The notes under the pieces were generated by a model. It ran no database searches and had not been told where the DNA came from. It saw nothing but the letters and a program-made list of their open reading frames with translations. The translations under genes and the position numbers were made by a program. From a virus, in the IMG/VR virus record IMGVR_UViG_3300028392_001993, positions 32,001 through 96,000 of that record: a stretch of DNA of 64,000 nucleotides; one strand, given 5' to 3'. Below, in pieces: positions 41,674 through 52,036 of the stretch (position 1 is the stretch's first letter; the number at the start of each line of letters is the position of its first letter).

Positions 41674-42338
41674 ATGTCAAACTCGTCTCCTATTCACAGC
41701 CAACCGAAGACTTTAGAAACCAGGGCGTTGACGATGCTCAAGAACTTATCGCTTTCTGCGCCCGAGTATCCAATCCCTCCAACCAGTTCAACAATGAAAC
41801 CAGCGAAAAACTCATCCGATACCTCGTTAAGCACCAGCACTGGAGTCCACTCGAAATGGTTTCAGCTTGCATGGAAATTACGACAACACGAGATATTGCA
41901 CGGCAAATCCTCAGACACAGAAGTTTTAGTTTCCAAGAGTTCAGTCAACGATATGCTGACCCGACAAAAGATCTTGAATTTGTTACCCGCAGTGGAAGAC
42001 TTCAAGACCCAAAGAATCGACAAAACAGTATAGAGCACGATGACACGTTGTTGGAGAACGAATGGTATCGTGCCCAGCAAAGAGTAATTTACGCGGCGCG
42101 GCGTGAATATGAATGGGCTATCAAGAACGGCATTGCCAAAGAACAGGCTCGTGCTGTGTTACCAGAAGGCTTGATCCAAAGTCGTATCTACATGAATGGT
42201 ACGCTAAGATCTTGGATTCATTATTGCGATCTAAGATCGGCACACGGGACACAACAGGAACATATGGAAATTGCAAAGGAAATAGCCAAGGTTATATCTA
42301 AAATATTTCCTATGATTGATGGATTCGATAGTGAGTAG
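41670..42338 (+). CDS. thyX: Flavin-dependent thymidylate synthase
   Basis: HWSPLE, RQILRHRSFSFQEFSQRY signature, ARAVLP, NGTLRSWIH. Confidence 0.95.
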   Translation: MNVKLVSYSQPTEDFRNQGVDDAQELIAFCARVSNPSNQFNNETSEKLIRYLVKHQHWSPLEMVSACMEITTTRDIARQILRHRSFSFQEFSQRYADPTKDLEFVTRSGRLQDPKNRQNSIEHDDTLLENEWYRAQQRVIYAARREYEWAIKNGIAKEQARAVLPEGLIQSRIYMNGTLRSWIHYCDLRSAHGTQQEHMEIAKEIAKVISKIFPMIDGFDSE

Positions 42339-42939
42339 AAATATTATTAATTGATATTTCTGTCCTACAATGTATACAAGAACATCTTAACTGTTTCTTA
42401 CCAAATGCGGCTCTACTCATTTTTTCTTTAGTTTCCAATGAATGGATTCGACCAGTATTATAAGCCGTTCTATCTTTTGATCTTTTTTGTTTTAAGATCT
42501 TAGCCTGTTCTTTGCCGTGTATTTGTTCGTATGTTTTTCCTTTACGAGTTTTTGACAATTTTTCAGATCTGAGATGTCTCAATAATTTTGCTTTCTCATC
42601 TCCATATCGTTGTTCGTAGGTTTGTCCTTTTCCGCGATTTAATTTAGAATAATCAATGTATTGTGATGTGTCACCACCATCCCCTGATTCAGGTTTGAGA
42701 TTTGCCCACTCAATCGATTCTACAATATTAAGTTTTTCAGATAGGGGGATTGAAAATTTTTTTAATTCTTCATTTGTAGAGAATGTTCCTAAAATCTCAG
42801 TAGTAACATCATACCCGTGTTTTTTAATGTGTTCAGTCCATCTTTTTCCTGATCCTTTATATTTGTAAGGATCTCTAACTGTTTTGCCTAAATATTTTAA
42901 TCCTGTTTTATTGTGTGTTTTAATATAAAGATAAATCAT
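42310..42939 (-). CDS. GIY-YIG homing endonuclease with NUMOD3-like repeats
   Basis: IYLYIKTH..TGLKYLGKT..Y.GSG; GKTYEQ repeats; HSLETKEKMS; start reset to 42939 after CATAAATA. Confidence 0.85.
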   Translation of the reverse strand: MIYLYIKTHNKTGLKYLGKTVRDPYKYKGSGKRWTEHIKKHGYDVTTEILGTFSTNEELKKFSIPLSEKLNIVESIEWANLKPESGDGGDTSQYIDYSKLNRGKGQTYEQRYGDEKAKLLRHLRSEKLSKTRKGKTYEQIHGKEQAKILKQKRSKDRTAYNTGRIHSLETKEKMSRAAFGKKQLRCSCIHCRTEISINNISTHYRIHQS

Positions 42940-43003
42940 AATGTTTCTCCGTACTTTATTTATGATACTTGACATTTTAACGAATTGCGTGCTACAATGT
43001 GTT

Positions 43004-43330
43004 ATGGCGATAACACACAATGAACAACCAGAACATTGGCAGCCTGCAATGACCAAAATCATTGATGGGCAACCAGTACGTTTCCGTGACGTATGCGTAC
43101 ACGAAATACGCATGGGCGATGTAGAAGATCCAGATCTATTTGTAGCCGAACCAATGTGGAAGTGGCAAGAATCAGATGCTGGTAAATTCATTATGAAAAC
43201 TGCTGTGGACAAGCCTTACTGGACTCGCGGCATGGATCCGCACAGTTATGGACACATGTATCGAATTGTGGCCAGACTCAGCGAACAAAATGAAACATTC
43301 TGGCGACTCAAATGGGGAAATAATAAATGA
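43004..43330 (+). CDS. Hypothetical protein
   Basis: After TTGACA-N18-TACAAT; MGDVEDPDL motif. Confidence 0.65.
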   Translation: MAITHNEQPEHWQPAMTKIIDGQPVRFRDVCVHEIRMGDVEDPDLFVAEPMWKWQESDAGKFIMKTAVDKPYWTRGMDPHSYGHMYRIVARLSEQNETFWRLKWGNNK

Positions 43331-44298
43331 GTAAATTTTTAGTAACAGGCGGTATGGGTCTAATTGGCCACAATGTAGTACAACGGCTAGAAGCCAAGGA
43401 TCACGAAGTTGTGATTGTGGACATCATGACCAACTACGGTATTATTCCACAAGACGAACTCGAGTACTTGTTGGACGAGCGACGCAAGAAGATCCGGACT
43501 CAGGACATATATCGCACTGATATATCTGATGCGTGGACATTTGATCGTGCAGTAGAGAATCACAAGCCTGATGTGATCATACACATGGCAAGTTTTCCGC
43601 GCCAGAAAGTTGTGAATGCCAACCCTGCCTGGGGTGCCAGAGTCATGACGGAAGGTTTGATCAATGTTTGCGAGAGTGCCAAAAAGCACGGTGTAGAGCG
43701 TGTGGTGTACATATCTAGTAGCATGGTATATGGAGACTTTGAAGATCAAGTACTAGAAGATCATGATTGCAAACCCATTGGTCAGTATGGTATTATGAAA
43801 CTCGCAGGAGAAGATATTGTTAAAGATTATCATCGTCGCAATTGTTTTGATTATTGCATTATTCGTCCCAGTGCTGTGTATGGGCCCTTGGACGTTGAAG
43901 ACCGAGTGGTTGCAAAGTTCATGTTGGCCGCCATGCGTGGCAACACACTACAAGTTAACGGTGCAGGAGAGACCCTGGACTTCACCTACGTAGATGATGC
44001 CGCGGATGGTATTGTTGCGGCAGCCACACGTATCATGAGTGCCAACAAAACATTCAACATTACCAAATCACACTCAGTAAGTTTGTTAGAAGCCGCAGAA
44101 ATGATTGTTAAGATTGTGGGCCGGGGCACCATTGAGTGTCGTGATAAGGATGCAGACTTCCCTTCACGCGGTGCCTTAAATATCGATCGTGCAAGGACTA
44201 TACTGAGCTTTGATCCCAAAGTAGACGTAGAACAAGGATTTAAAAATTACTACAACTGGCTTGACAATTCCCCATACTGGTCTAAGAAAACAGTATAA
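43327..44298 (+). CDS. NAD-dependent nucleotide-sugar epimerase/dehydratase
   Basis: TGGMGLIG, ISSSMVYG, YGIMK (YxxxK), RPSAVYGP, DFTYVDD. Confidence 0.92.
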   Translation: MSKFLVTGGMGLIGHNVVQRLEAKDHEVVIVDIMTNYGIIPQDELEYLLDERRKKIRTQDIYRTDISDAWTFDRAVENHKPDVIIHMASFPRQKVVNANPAWGARVMTEGLINVCESAKKHGVERVVYISSSMVYGDFEDQVLEDHDCKPIGQYGIMKLAGEDIVKDYHRRNCFDYCIIRPSAVYGPLDVEDRVVAKFMLAAMRGNTLQVNGAGETLDFTYVDDAADGIVAAATRIMSANKTFNITKSHSVSLLEAAEMIVKIVGRGTIECRDKDADFPSRGALNIDRARTILSFDPKVDVEQGFKNYYNWLDNSPYWSKKTV

Positions 44299-45349
44299 CA
44301 CTCTCCGTACGGAGATCCTGGACACAACAGATGAAGTGTTACGTTCAGGTGTTCTCATGGCGGGCAACTATACTGCTGAGTTTGAAAACTGGCTGGCTCG
44401 GAAGAATCATGTGAGTTATGCAGTGACCTGTCACTCAGGCACACAAGCACTAGAGATTCTGGCCAGTTACTATCGTGATCCAACTGCGCATGAATTAGGT
44501 AATCTCATATCTCCCACAGTGATTGTTCCTGCGCTGACTTATCCAGCCACAGCCAATGCTTTTTTACGTGCAGGTTGGCAAGTCATAATTGGAGACACTG
44601 ACTACTACGGTCAACTTGACGTGAAAAAGATGATCAATGACTTGGACACACACTATCATGCTGTGTGTGCCGTGGGCTTGTATGGTGCAGCCTTGCGTGA
44701 CATGCGGCCAGTTCAAAGTCGAGCCGTCCTGATCGAAGATGCGGCCCAACACTGGTTAAGTAATGGGTGTAAGAGACAAGGTGATTCTACTGCTATCAGT
44801 TTTGATCCTACCAAGAACTTGGCCAACTATGGCAACGGTGGTGCAATTGTGTCAGATGATAGAAATCTACTGGACTATGCTAGAAACTGGGCAAACAATG
44901 GCAAACACACCGGTCACATGGAAACAGGATCAAACTCCAGAATGAGTGAGACAGACTGTGCTCAAATGATGGTCAAAACTAGATACATAGATGCTTGGCA
45001 GAAACGTCGAAGTGAAATAGCCGCACACTGGATCGAACTGTTTAAGAAGCGTAATGTTCGTACACTAATCGATGACAGCAACTTCAAGGATCATGCTTAT
45101 CACAAGTTTGTGATTGAAGTAGACAATCGCGACGAAGTTCAAAAGCAAATGAACATACGCAAGATTGAAACCAAAATACACTATGCTGATCCCTTGTGGG
45201 ACTTGCCGGCATACGAAGGTATGGGGCAGGGAGATATTTTTAGTGCGGCCTATGCACTGAGCCGACGTTGTTTGAGTTTACCTATCTACCCCGAACTTAC
45301 AGATCTAGAAGTAGAATACATCAGCGATCAGTTGTTAGAGATCGTTTGA
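44261..45349 (+). CDS. DegT/DnrJ/EryC1/StrS PLP-dependent sugar aminotransferase
   Basis: SGTQAL, IEDAAQ, SFDPTKNL..GNGG, NSRMSE, LSLPIYP. Confidence 0.92.
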   Translation: MTIPHTGLRKQYNTLRTEILDTTDEVLRSGVLMAGNYTAEFENWLARKNHVSYAVTCHSGTQALEILASYYRDPTAHELGNLISPTVIVPALTYPATANAFLRAGWQVIIGDTDYYGQLDVKKMINDLDTHYHAVCAVGLYGAALRDMRPVQSRAVLIEDAAQHWLSNGCKRQGDSTAISFDPTKNLANYGNGGAIVSDDRNLLDYARNWANNGKHTGHMETGSNSRMSETDCAQMMVKTRYIDAWQKRRSEIAAHWIELFKKRNVRTLIDDSNFKDHAYHKFVIEVDNRDEVQKQMNIRKIETKIHYADPLWDLPAYEGMGQGDIFSAAYALSRRCLSLPIYPELTDLEVEYISDQLLEIV

Positions 45350-47717
45350 CAAACGCATAACTGGCCAGCCACGCCCACTCATAACTTTTCTTGAGTGCCT
45401 CAAAGTCCCCACCAACTTCTTCATAGTACTCCACAGCATCCTGGGCACCTTTTGAACTCCACTCACCTGCACCGTGGTCTACCTCAAGCCATTGCTTTAA
45501 TCTGTATTCATTTTCCACATCTGGCAAACTGGCTCGTAGTTTAAGTGCTTCACGGAATGCTGTGCGCCAAGCAACCCAGTTTGAGGTATAGTATATGGCT
45601 TCACCTGATAGTATGGGCACCACTTCATGTGCTTGGTCCAGTGTAAAGTCCAGACCCTGACCTATATTCTCCAATACCAACTTCTTATTGTAAGCAATCA
45701 TGCCTTGATGACCATATTCAAGATCATTAATGGTGTTTTTGGCATGAAAGATATAGTGCTTGGCTTGTTGCATACGATCAGGTTGCCACGACCAATCAAA
45801 GTGTTGATTTACTCGCAGTTTAGCAAACACTGCGAAGAACCAGGGTGTGGTACTGAGTTGGGCTGCCGCATGGTACGCTGCCACACGGCCTGACACACCA
45901 TCTGACCAGTGTATGTGATTGGGAACATGTCTAGCCACAGTTTCCAACCAACTGTATAATTCAATGGCATCTTTCTCTCCATTGCTGATAAACACAATGT
46001 CCAGTGGTTGATCGTTATCTTTGCGATGTGTTCGATCTATGTAAGGATAATCATACAACTGTGTCTTGATATAAGGAACTGCTGTTTTAGGAACAATCAC
46101 ACTGGTAGCGCCCTCACTAAGTGGCACAATAGTTTTAACATTCTCTCTCCACAACGGAACTGTGACCAAGTTACCCGACACACAGTCAGTGTTAGTAAAC
46201 AACGCAAGTGGTCCTGCCCAATCTTGCGTACGAACTGCTTCTGCTTGGCTGTCAAAGGTGTGTTCAACAATAGGCATAGGTTTGCGCGATACACTAGTAT
46301 TCACAAAGTTTACATCATACCATTCCAACAAGGCTTTGCGACTACCGTATTCAGCAAAGGTAGGAACGTGCATATAGAAGGTGTCCCCAAACTTTTGTTC
46401 GTCACTAGCAAACACATGCAACATGGTGGCTTGCCATTGTTCAGGGTGCCAACTGAAATCAAATTCACTGTAATCGCAAATGCTTGAGCATACCCAAACA
46501 AACTCATACTTGCCTAACAAGTTATTTGCCAAACGAACCAGTGTGTCTCTATAATTGTCAAAATATCTTACACATTTTATTGTGTTAGGTATTTGTCCAG
46601 CATTGCCATCCAAGTGATCAATTTCTACAATCACTGCTGATGTTGAATCAACTTTGATTTTTATCTGTTCAACATATTTTGTTTCTGTAGCGCCAGGCAC
46701 AGTATACACCGGACCACCTGTGCGCTGGTGCTGTGTTCCAAACTGATATATGTAAGGTGGTTCTGTAGCATCAGGGTGCCAAGTCCAATCAAAACTCAAA
46801 GTATCAGCACCGATTGGTATGGTCCAGTTGTTATCAGTACTAACTTTGGTTGTGCGCGGATATGAAATATATTTTATTTCTGTTGCGCCCGGAACAATAT
46901 ATACAGGACCACCTGTGCGCTGATGTTGTGTTCCAAACTGATATATGTAAGCAGTATCGCCCGGATCTGGCACCCAGGAATAGTTTACTGTTGCAGGATC
47001 TATGTTGTCAGGTACTGACCATCTAGTGGTGTCAGAAAATAATTTAGCAGTTGGCCAACGCACATATTTTCGTTCTGTTGCGCCCGGTACACGATATTCC
47101 ACAGTAGGCATTTTTTCTGCTGGCCACCATTGATTGCCAAACACATAGATGTAAGGAGGATCTCCAGGGTCAGGAACCCAACTGTAATCCATGTCGCTTT
47201 CGACCACATTGTACCAAGGTCGATTGGGGTTCTCAGCCAACTCGGCTCGCGGACGATCCATGTACTTGCGTTGTGTGGCGCCGGGTACTGTGTATTCTAC
47301 TGTGGGCATTTTCTCTGCAGGCCACCACTGATTACCAAACACATAGATGTAAGGCGGGTCATGTGGATGTGGTGCCCAGGTATAATCAAACTCAACCCTA
47401 TCAATCAAAGTATCAAACTCAACAGGTATGGCTCGATTTGGAATAATTTTTTTATGAAAGTGATATTTGATCTCTCCCGAACGTGGTACAAGGTATGTGC
47501 CTGAGTATTCATGATGTTGGTTGGGCCATACATGTGTATAGTCACTTTGCCAAGGCACAGGTTGAAAATCCCAATCGTGTGTGTTATAATCAGCTAAGTA
47601 TGTTATCCACCAAAAATACCTGGTGCGACTCAAACTTTGAGCGTGTTCTATACTGTCGGCCTCACGCTCGTGTGCAAATTGATTGGGTTTAATTCCCGAA
47701 TAGAAAACGTCAAACAT
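45321..47717 (-). CDS. Large glycosyltransferase-like protein with four internal ~55-65-aa repeats
   Basis: C-terminal LDIVFISNGE...GV.GR.AAYHAAA...FAK block; DY.W.P...PPYIY.FG.Q repeats. Confidence 0.6.
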   Translation of the reverse strand: MFDVFYSGIKPNQFAHEREADSIEHAQSLSRTRYFWWITYLADYNTHDWDFQPVPWQSDYTHVWPNQHHEYSGTYLVPRSGEIKYHFHKKIIPNRAIPVEFDTLIDRVEFDYTWAPHPHDPPYIYVFGNQWWPAEKMPTVEYTVPGATQRKYMDRPRAELAENPNRPWYNVVESDMDYSWVPDPGDPPYIYVFGNQWWPAEKMPTVEYRVPGATERKYVRWPTAKLFSDTTRWSVPDNIDPATVNYSWVPDPGDTAYIYQFGTQHQRTGGPVYIVPGATEIKYISYPRTTKVSTDNNWTIPIGADTLSFDWTWHPDATEPPYIYQFGTQHQRTGGPVYTVPGATETKYVEQIKIKVDSTSAVIVEIDHLDGNAGQIPNTIKCVRYFDNYRDTLVRLANNLLGKYEFVWVCSSICDYSEFDFSWHPEQWQATMLHVFASDEQKFGDTFYMHVPTFAEYGSRKALLEWYDVNFVNTSVSRKPMPIVEHTFDSQAEAVRTQDWAGPLALFTNTDCVSGNLVTVPLWRENVKTIVPLSEGATSVIVPKTAVPYIKTQLYDYPYIDRTHRKDNDQPLDIVFISNGEKDAIELYSWLETVARHVPNHIHWSDGVSGRVAAYHAAAQLSTTPWFFAVFAKLRVNQHFDWSWQPDRMQQAKHYIFHAKNTINDLEYGHQGMIAYNKKLVLENIGQGLDFTLDQAHEVVPILSGEAIYYTSNWVAWRTAFREALKLRASLPDVENEYRLKQWLEVDHGAGEWSSKGAQDAVEYYEEVGGDFEALKKSYEWAWLASYAFVKRSLTTDR
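46670..47400 (-). repeat. Four intragenic repeats arranged A-A-B-B
   Basis: PPYIYVFGNQWWPAEKMPTVEY.VPGAT.RKY twice; YIYQFGTQHQRTGGPVY.VPGATE.KY twice. Confidence 0.85.
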
Positions 47718-48855
47718 GATTAGAATAGATGAACTTTACAACAACACCCTCTGGCCCTGGATTAGAAAAAATAGGCCTGGGTTTAGAGAATTTTTTTGCG
47801 AACCGTTTGGTCGAAGTGATCCAGACAGTGTAATGAACTATGGTAGTGATGATGGACATGAACACAATTATATATTCTTTTTTGACCAAGAGCCAATACA
47901 TTTGAACATACACACCGCTACTTTTAAAAAAATTGCCACATTAAATGAGGATATTACCAATCTTACAAAAAAAATTAAACACCCTGGGCAGTTTGGATAT
48001 CTTTGTACCAGCGAGAGCGACAGTGAAAATGTGGAAATAATATGCAAACAATTTGACTGGCGGCCTTTGTACTATTTCTTTCATGGTTGGGCCGCGCTGG
48101 ATTGGTATCGGGGTTATGACAAAACATTTTTAATAACTCCGCTGGCTGAACGCAAAATAACTCGAACCTTTGTCGCACCCAATCGTATCATTGCAGGCGA
48201 GCGCCAACACAGACTAGAAATGTTGTATCACATATTTAAAAATTGCATGACCCATAATCATATCAGTTGCCCTGCTGTGTGTCCCGTAGAAAATATAAGC
48301 ATACACAATGCAATCAAACCTTTGATATCTAAGTATCCTGACATTGAACAAGTTTTTGCACAACAAACACTACCAATTAACTTTGCAGGCGAAACAGATC
48401 ATCCCATGCATTCATGCTGGCTAAGTTTGTTCGATGAGTCAGCAGAAAGTTTGTTGTACTTGGTTACAGAAACTGTGGCCACAGGACGTAGGCATCACAT
48501 AACAGAAAAAACATTCAAACCCATAGCCCTGGGAATGCCGTTTGTGATTGTAGGCACTCAAGGCAGTTTGGAATATCTTCGCAGTTATGGGTTTCGTACA
48601 TTCGAAGGCATATGGGATGAAAGTTATGATCAGGCTGATGATTCAGTACGTATAGAACGCATTGCCAGTTTATTGCGTAGTCTAGATGAATTGCCTATTG
48701 AGGCCAAACAAGATCTGTTTGATCAAGCACAACAAGTGATTGAGCACAATTGGAATCATTTTTATAACGGCGGGTTCGAAGCCGTGCTGTGGACGGAACT
48801 ACAGGAGATGTTGAATGGTATTGACACTAATAGCGGATCGCATAGTCCAAGGTAA
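47716..48855 (+). CDS. Conserved phage protein with VTET...TEKTFKP motif (possibly glycosyltransferase-like), paralogue 1
   Basis: LVTET, ITEKTFKPI, LRSYGFRTF...DESYD. Confidence 0.5.
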   Translation: MIRIDELYNNTLWPWIRKNRPGFREFFCEPFGRSDPDSVMNYGSDDGHEHNYIFFFDQEPIHLNIHTATFKKIATLNEDITNLTKKIKHPGQFGYLCTSESDSENVEIICKQFDWRPLYYFFHGWAALDWYRGYDKTFLITPLAERKITRTFVAPNRIIAGERQHRLEMLYHIFKNCMTHNHISCPAVCPVENISIHNAIKPLISKYPDIEQVFAQQTLPINFAGETDHPMHSCWLSLFDESAESLLYLVTETVATGRRHHITEKTFKPIALGMPFVIVGTQGSLEYLRSYGFRTFEGIWDESYDQADDSVRIERIASLLRSLDELPIEAKQDLFDQAQQVIEHNWNHFYNGGFEAVLWTELQEMLNGIDTNSGSHSPR

Positions 48856-49996
48856 GATATATCCAGCACTGGCTCAGCACCAAGCAGAGCCCTACACACA
48901 AAGTTGGCGTGAATTTGAACGCCACTGGCCGTGTACTGTGCCGTTTAGGCCGCAGGAGTATTGCGAGCATCATGGTGTTCGACTAAACATATTGAGTCTT
49001 GACGATGTGTGGCCAGCAGATGCATTCTATCCCATTGGCCTAGGTTTTTTCAACTTTGAAATAGATTACTTTGAACTACTACCCCCACGTGTGTTCACTG
49101 AGTTGTGGCATAGTCATATACGTATCTTGTTTTACTATCACGAAGGCGACGATCCTGTAAAAATTAAACAACGATTAGACGCATTAGTGGCACAACATCA
49201 GTTGCCTAAACACTGCTACAAATTTGTCAGCGGTAATACTGCCGCACGTGACGTTGAAGACTTTGTGTACTTTGCTGACTTTGAGCTTTGGTATTGGCAT
49301 CGCAATAGTGGGTCGCGAGCATTGACCATACATTCAGAACCGCGCGAACGTGAGTTCACAGCACTAAACAGACTGCACAAATCATGGCGTGCCACAGCAA
49401 TGGCTGACTTGTTGCAAAATCATGTGTTAGATAACAGTTATTGGAGTTATTGCGAGCCTGGTACATTGGTAGATGAGGACAACCCAATTGAGATAGATTC
49501 AATTGGTCAGTTAAGAACTGCCACTGAACAATTTTTAAAGTCAGCACCATACTACAGCGACGAGCTTGACCAAGCATCTCGTAACAATCATGCTAACCTT
49601 GTGGCCAAATATTTCACGAATAGTTACTGCCATATTGTGTTGGAAACGCACTTTGATGCCGATCAATCAGGTGGTACATTCTTGACTGAAAAAACATTCA
49701 AGCCTATCAAGCACGGGCAAATGTTTTTTGTAGCAGGACCAGCGGGCAGTTTACAAACCCTGCGTGACCTAGGCTATAGAACGTTTGATGGCATACTAGA
49801 TAACAGTTACGACTGGGACACAAATAATACCAATCGCTGGCGCAAACTGTGCAACGCAATAGTTAAAGCACAATCTGATCTGCCTAGGTTGTTTGCTAGA
49901 GCCCGAGCAGACATAGAACACAACCAACGTTTATTTCTCGAGCTCAAGACTGCCCGCTTAAATATCCTACTCGAGCACATAAATGAATCCTATTAA
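48815..49996 (+). CDS. TEKTFKP-motif protein, paralogue 2
   Basis: IVLET, LTEKTFKPI, LRDLGYRTF...DNSYD. Confidence 0.5.
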   Translation: MVLTLIADRIVQGKIYPALAQHQAEPYTQSWREFERHWPCTVPFRPQEYCEHHGVRLNILSLDDVWPADAFYPIGLGFFNFEIDYFELLPPRVFTELWHSHIRILFYYHEGDDPVKIKQRLDALVAQHQLPKHCYKFVSGNTAARDVEDFVYFADFELWYWHRNSGSRALTIHSEPREREFTALNRLHKSWRATAMADLLQNHVLDNSYWSYCEPGTLVDEDNPIEIDSIGQLRTATEQFLKSAPYYSDELDQASRNNHANLVAKYFTNSYCHIVLETHFDADQSGGTFLTEKTFKPIKHGQMFFVAGPAGSLQTLRDLGYRTFDGILDNSYDWDTNNTNRWRKLCNAIVKAQSDLPRLFARARADIEHNQRLFLELKTARLNILLEHINESY

Positions 49997-51020
49997 CAGT
50001 TATACAAGTTGGCAACCCCTTGAAGAAGTCATAGTCGGCCGTGCGTACAGCCCAGACTATTTTGACTTCATCGAGAACGCACAAGTGCGCAATCAGTTAC
50101 AACAAATCCTTTTTGAAACTGAAGAAGATCTTGCTAACTTGCAAAAGACAATAGAAAAGTTTGGTGCTCGAGTATGTAGACCTGACTTGCCTAATCGAGA
50201 TCAGTTTATCCGCGGGCAAATACACGGGCAAGGTGCTCCACTACCTCCGTTAACACCACGTGACTGGCAAATTACCTTGGGTGATAAACTGCTACGTGTG
50301 CTGGCCATGCAGGAACTGGATGGCCTGTGCCGGGAATACGAAACTGCAGGCGGCACTGTTATTAACCCACATGGTCCCACGGGCTGGGATGAAAACTGTA
50401 TTTTAAATCAAGCGTCAGCAAGTTGTATTGTGCGTGTGGGTCGCGATGTGTTCTTTGACAACTCAGACTTCTTGCGCCCAGATCAAACACGCTGGATTGT
50501 GGACAATGTACTGGGTCCTGAATATCGAATCCATGAAGCCATCACTGACGGCCATGGAGATGCTGTGTTTGCTATTCTCAAGCCCGGAGTGTTGCTGAGT
50601 TCCAAGCACGATGTTAACTTGGATCTAGGTCGAGACTTCCCAGGTTGGGACGTATGCAAGATATGGGATAGTTCAATCTGGGCCGCAATGGAAGTGGGCA
50701 AGTTCAAGTACGAGCAAAATCCAGGCGCATGGTATGTGCAAGGACAAACACCCACCCCAGAGTTCACACAGTTTGTGGACACTTATCTAAACAAGTGGAC
50801 TGGTTTTGTTGCTGAAACAGTATTCGATGTCAACTGTTTGGTACTAGACGAAAGCCATGTGATCTTTAGTGCTTACAACAAAGAAGTGTTTGACTACTGC
50901 CGTAAACATCAAATAGAACCCATCATCAGCGAACTGCGGCACAGTTACTTCTGGGACGGTGGTATCAGTTGCTGTACACAAGATATTCGACGTCGCGGTG
51001 GTTTAGAAACATACCTATGA
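49983..51020 (+). CDS. Amidinotransferase (glycine / inosamine-phosphate amidinotransferase family)
   Basis: NSYTSWQPLEEVIVG, PRD, GHGD, FDVNCLVL, GGISCCTQDIRR. Confidence 0.85.
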   Translation: MNPINSYTSWQPLEEVIVGRAYSPDYFDFIENAQVRNQLQQILFETEEDLANLQKTIEKFGARVCRPDLPNRDQFIRGQIHGQGAPLPPLTPRDWQITLGDKLLRVLAMQELDGLCREYETAGGTVINPHGPTGWDENCILNQASASCIVRVGRDVFFDNSDFLRPDQTRWIVDNVLGPEYRIHEAITDGHGDAVFAILKPGVLLSSKHDVNLDLGRDFPGWDVCKIWDSSIWAAMEVGKFKYEQNPGAWYVQGQTPTPEFTQFVDTYLNKWTGFVAETVFDVNCLVLDESHVIFSAYNKEVFDYCRKHQIEPIISELRHSYFWDGGISCCTQDIRRRGGLETYL

Positions 51021-52036
51021 AATTGGTAATACCTATTGATAACCAGCACAGTTATCGTAGCATACCACGCAATCAAGATTTAAAACTCAAAATTGCCAAT
51101 CATTGTAATTGGCCCAGTCGAACTCTAGTAATTGATCATGCCGGCAATTGCTTTGTTTGTCAGTGCGAAGCCTGGTTACCCGTCAGTGTTGGTCATATAA
51201 CAGACTTTGATTCGCTTGAAGCTGTTTGGCAATCGCCCACAGCACAGTATCTACAACAAGACATCAACGACAAGAAATTTACACATTGTGCTGTGGATCG
51301 TTGCGGTATAATACATAACCACAACATCTTAGACGAATACACTATCTATATCAATATTGACCCCAGTTGCAATTTAGCCTGTCCAAGTTGTCGCAAAGAC
51401 AGTATAATGATTGCAGATGGTGATGTGTATGAACGCAGACTTGCAGAAGTCAAACATGTGGTTACGTTATTAGAGAATTTTGATCAGCCCACACGTATTG
51501 TCATGAGTGGCAACGGTGATCCATTGGCAAGTGCTATCATGAGACCATTGATAAAACAATTTCGTCCTAGACACAACCAACGTATTAGATTGTTTACTAA
51601 TGGATTGTTATTGGAAAAACAACTAGCGGATAGTACTGTATTAAACAGCATAGATCAGTTTATGTTGAGCATAGATGCAGGCAGTGAGCAGGTGTATGAA
51701 AACGTTCGCAGGCCTGGACGATTTGATGTATTAATGCGTAATTTACAATGGCTCAAACCACTGGGTCGTAATGTGTCATTAAACTTTGTGCTACAGCAGG
51801 CCAACTGGCACGACCTAGAAAACTTTTTACAACTTGCCGAACAATTTGGTTACTGGCCAAACATAACTCGACTGGAGGATTGGAACACCTGGACAGGGTT
51901 TGCAAATCAGGATGTGATAGGCAACTCTGAACATCCTGACCATTTGCTTGCCGTACAAGAACTACGTAGAGTTCATGCCAAGTACTCCACCGCGGGCTGG
52001 GGGTCAAGCCTGCCACTTGATTTTACTAGGGTTTAG
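51017..52036 (+). CDS. Radical SAM protein with N-terminal Cys-rich domain
   Basis: CFVCQC; CNLACPSC; GNGDP; SIDAG; ATGA overlap start. Confidence 0.85.
   Translation: MKLVIPIDNQHSYRSIPRNQDLKLKIANHCNWPSRTLVIDHAGNCFVCQCEAWLPVSVGHITDFDSLEAVWQSPTAQYLQQDINDKKFTHCAVDRCGIIHNHNILDEYTIYINIDPSCNLACPSCRKDSIMIADGDVYERRLAEVKHVVTLLENFDQPTRIVMSGNGDPLASAIMRPLIKQFRPRHNQRIRLFTNGLLLEKQLADSTVLNSIDQFMLSIDAGSEQVYENVRRPGRFDVLMRNLQWLKPLGRNVSLNFVLQQANWHDLENFLQLAEQFGYWPNITRLEDWNTWTGFANQDVIGNSEHPDHLLAVQELRRVHAKYSTAGWGSSLPLDFTRV

Noticed and set aside
41670-42939. Group I intron with endonuclease inside thyX
   Set aside because: thyX is continuous through its expected C-terminus; the GIY-YIG gene is convergent and overlaps only the last 29 bp
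42940-43212. 91-aa N-terminal extension of the GIY-YIG ORF
   Set aside because: Antisense to gene 43004..43330 and its promoter; the nuclease motif starts at 42939, right after a late promoter
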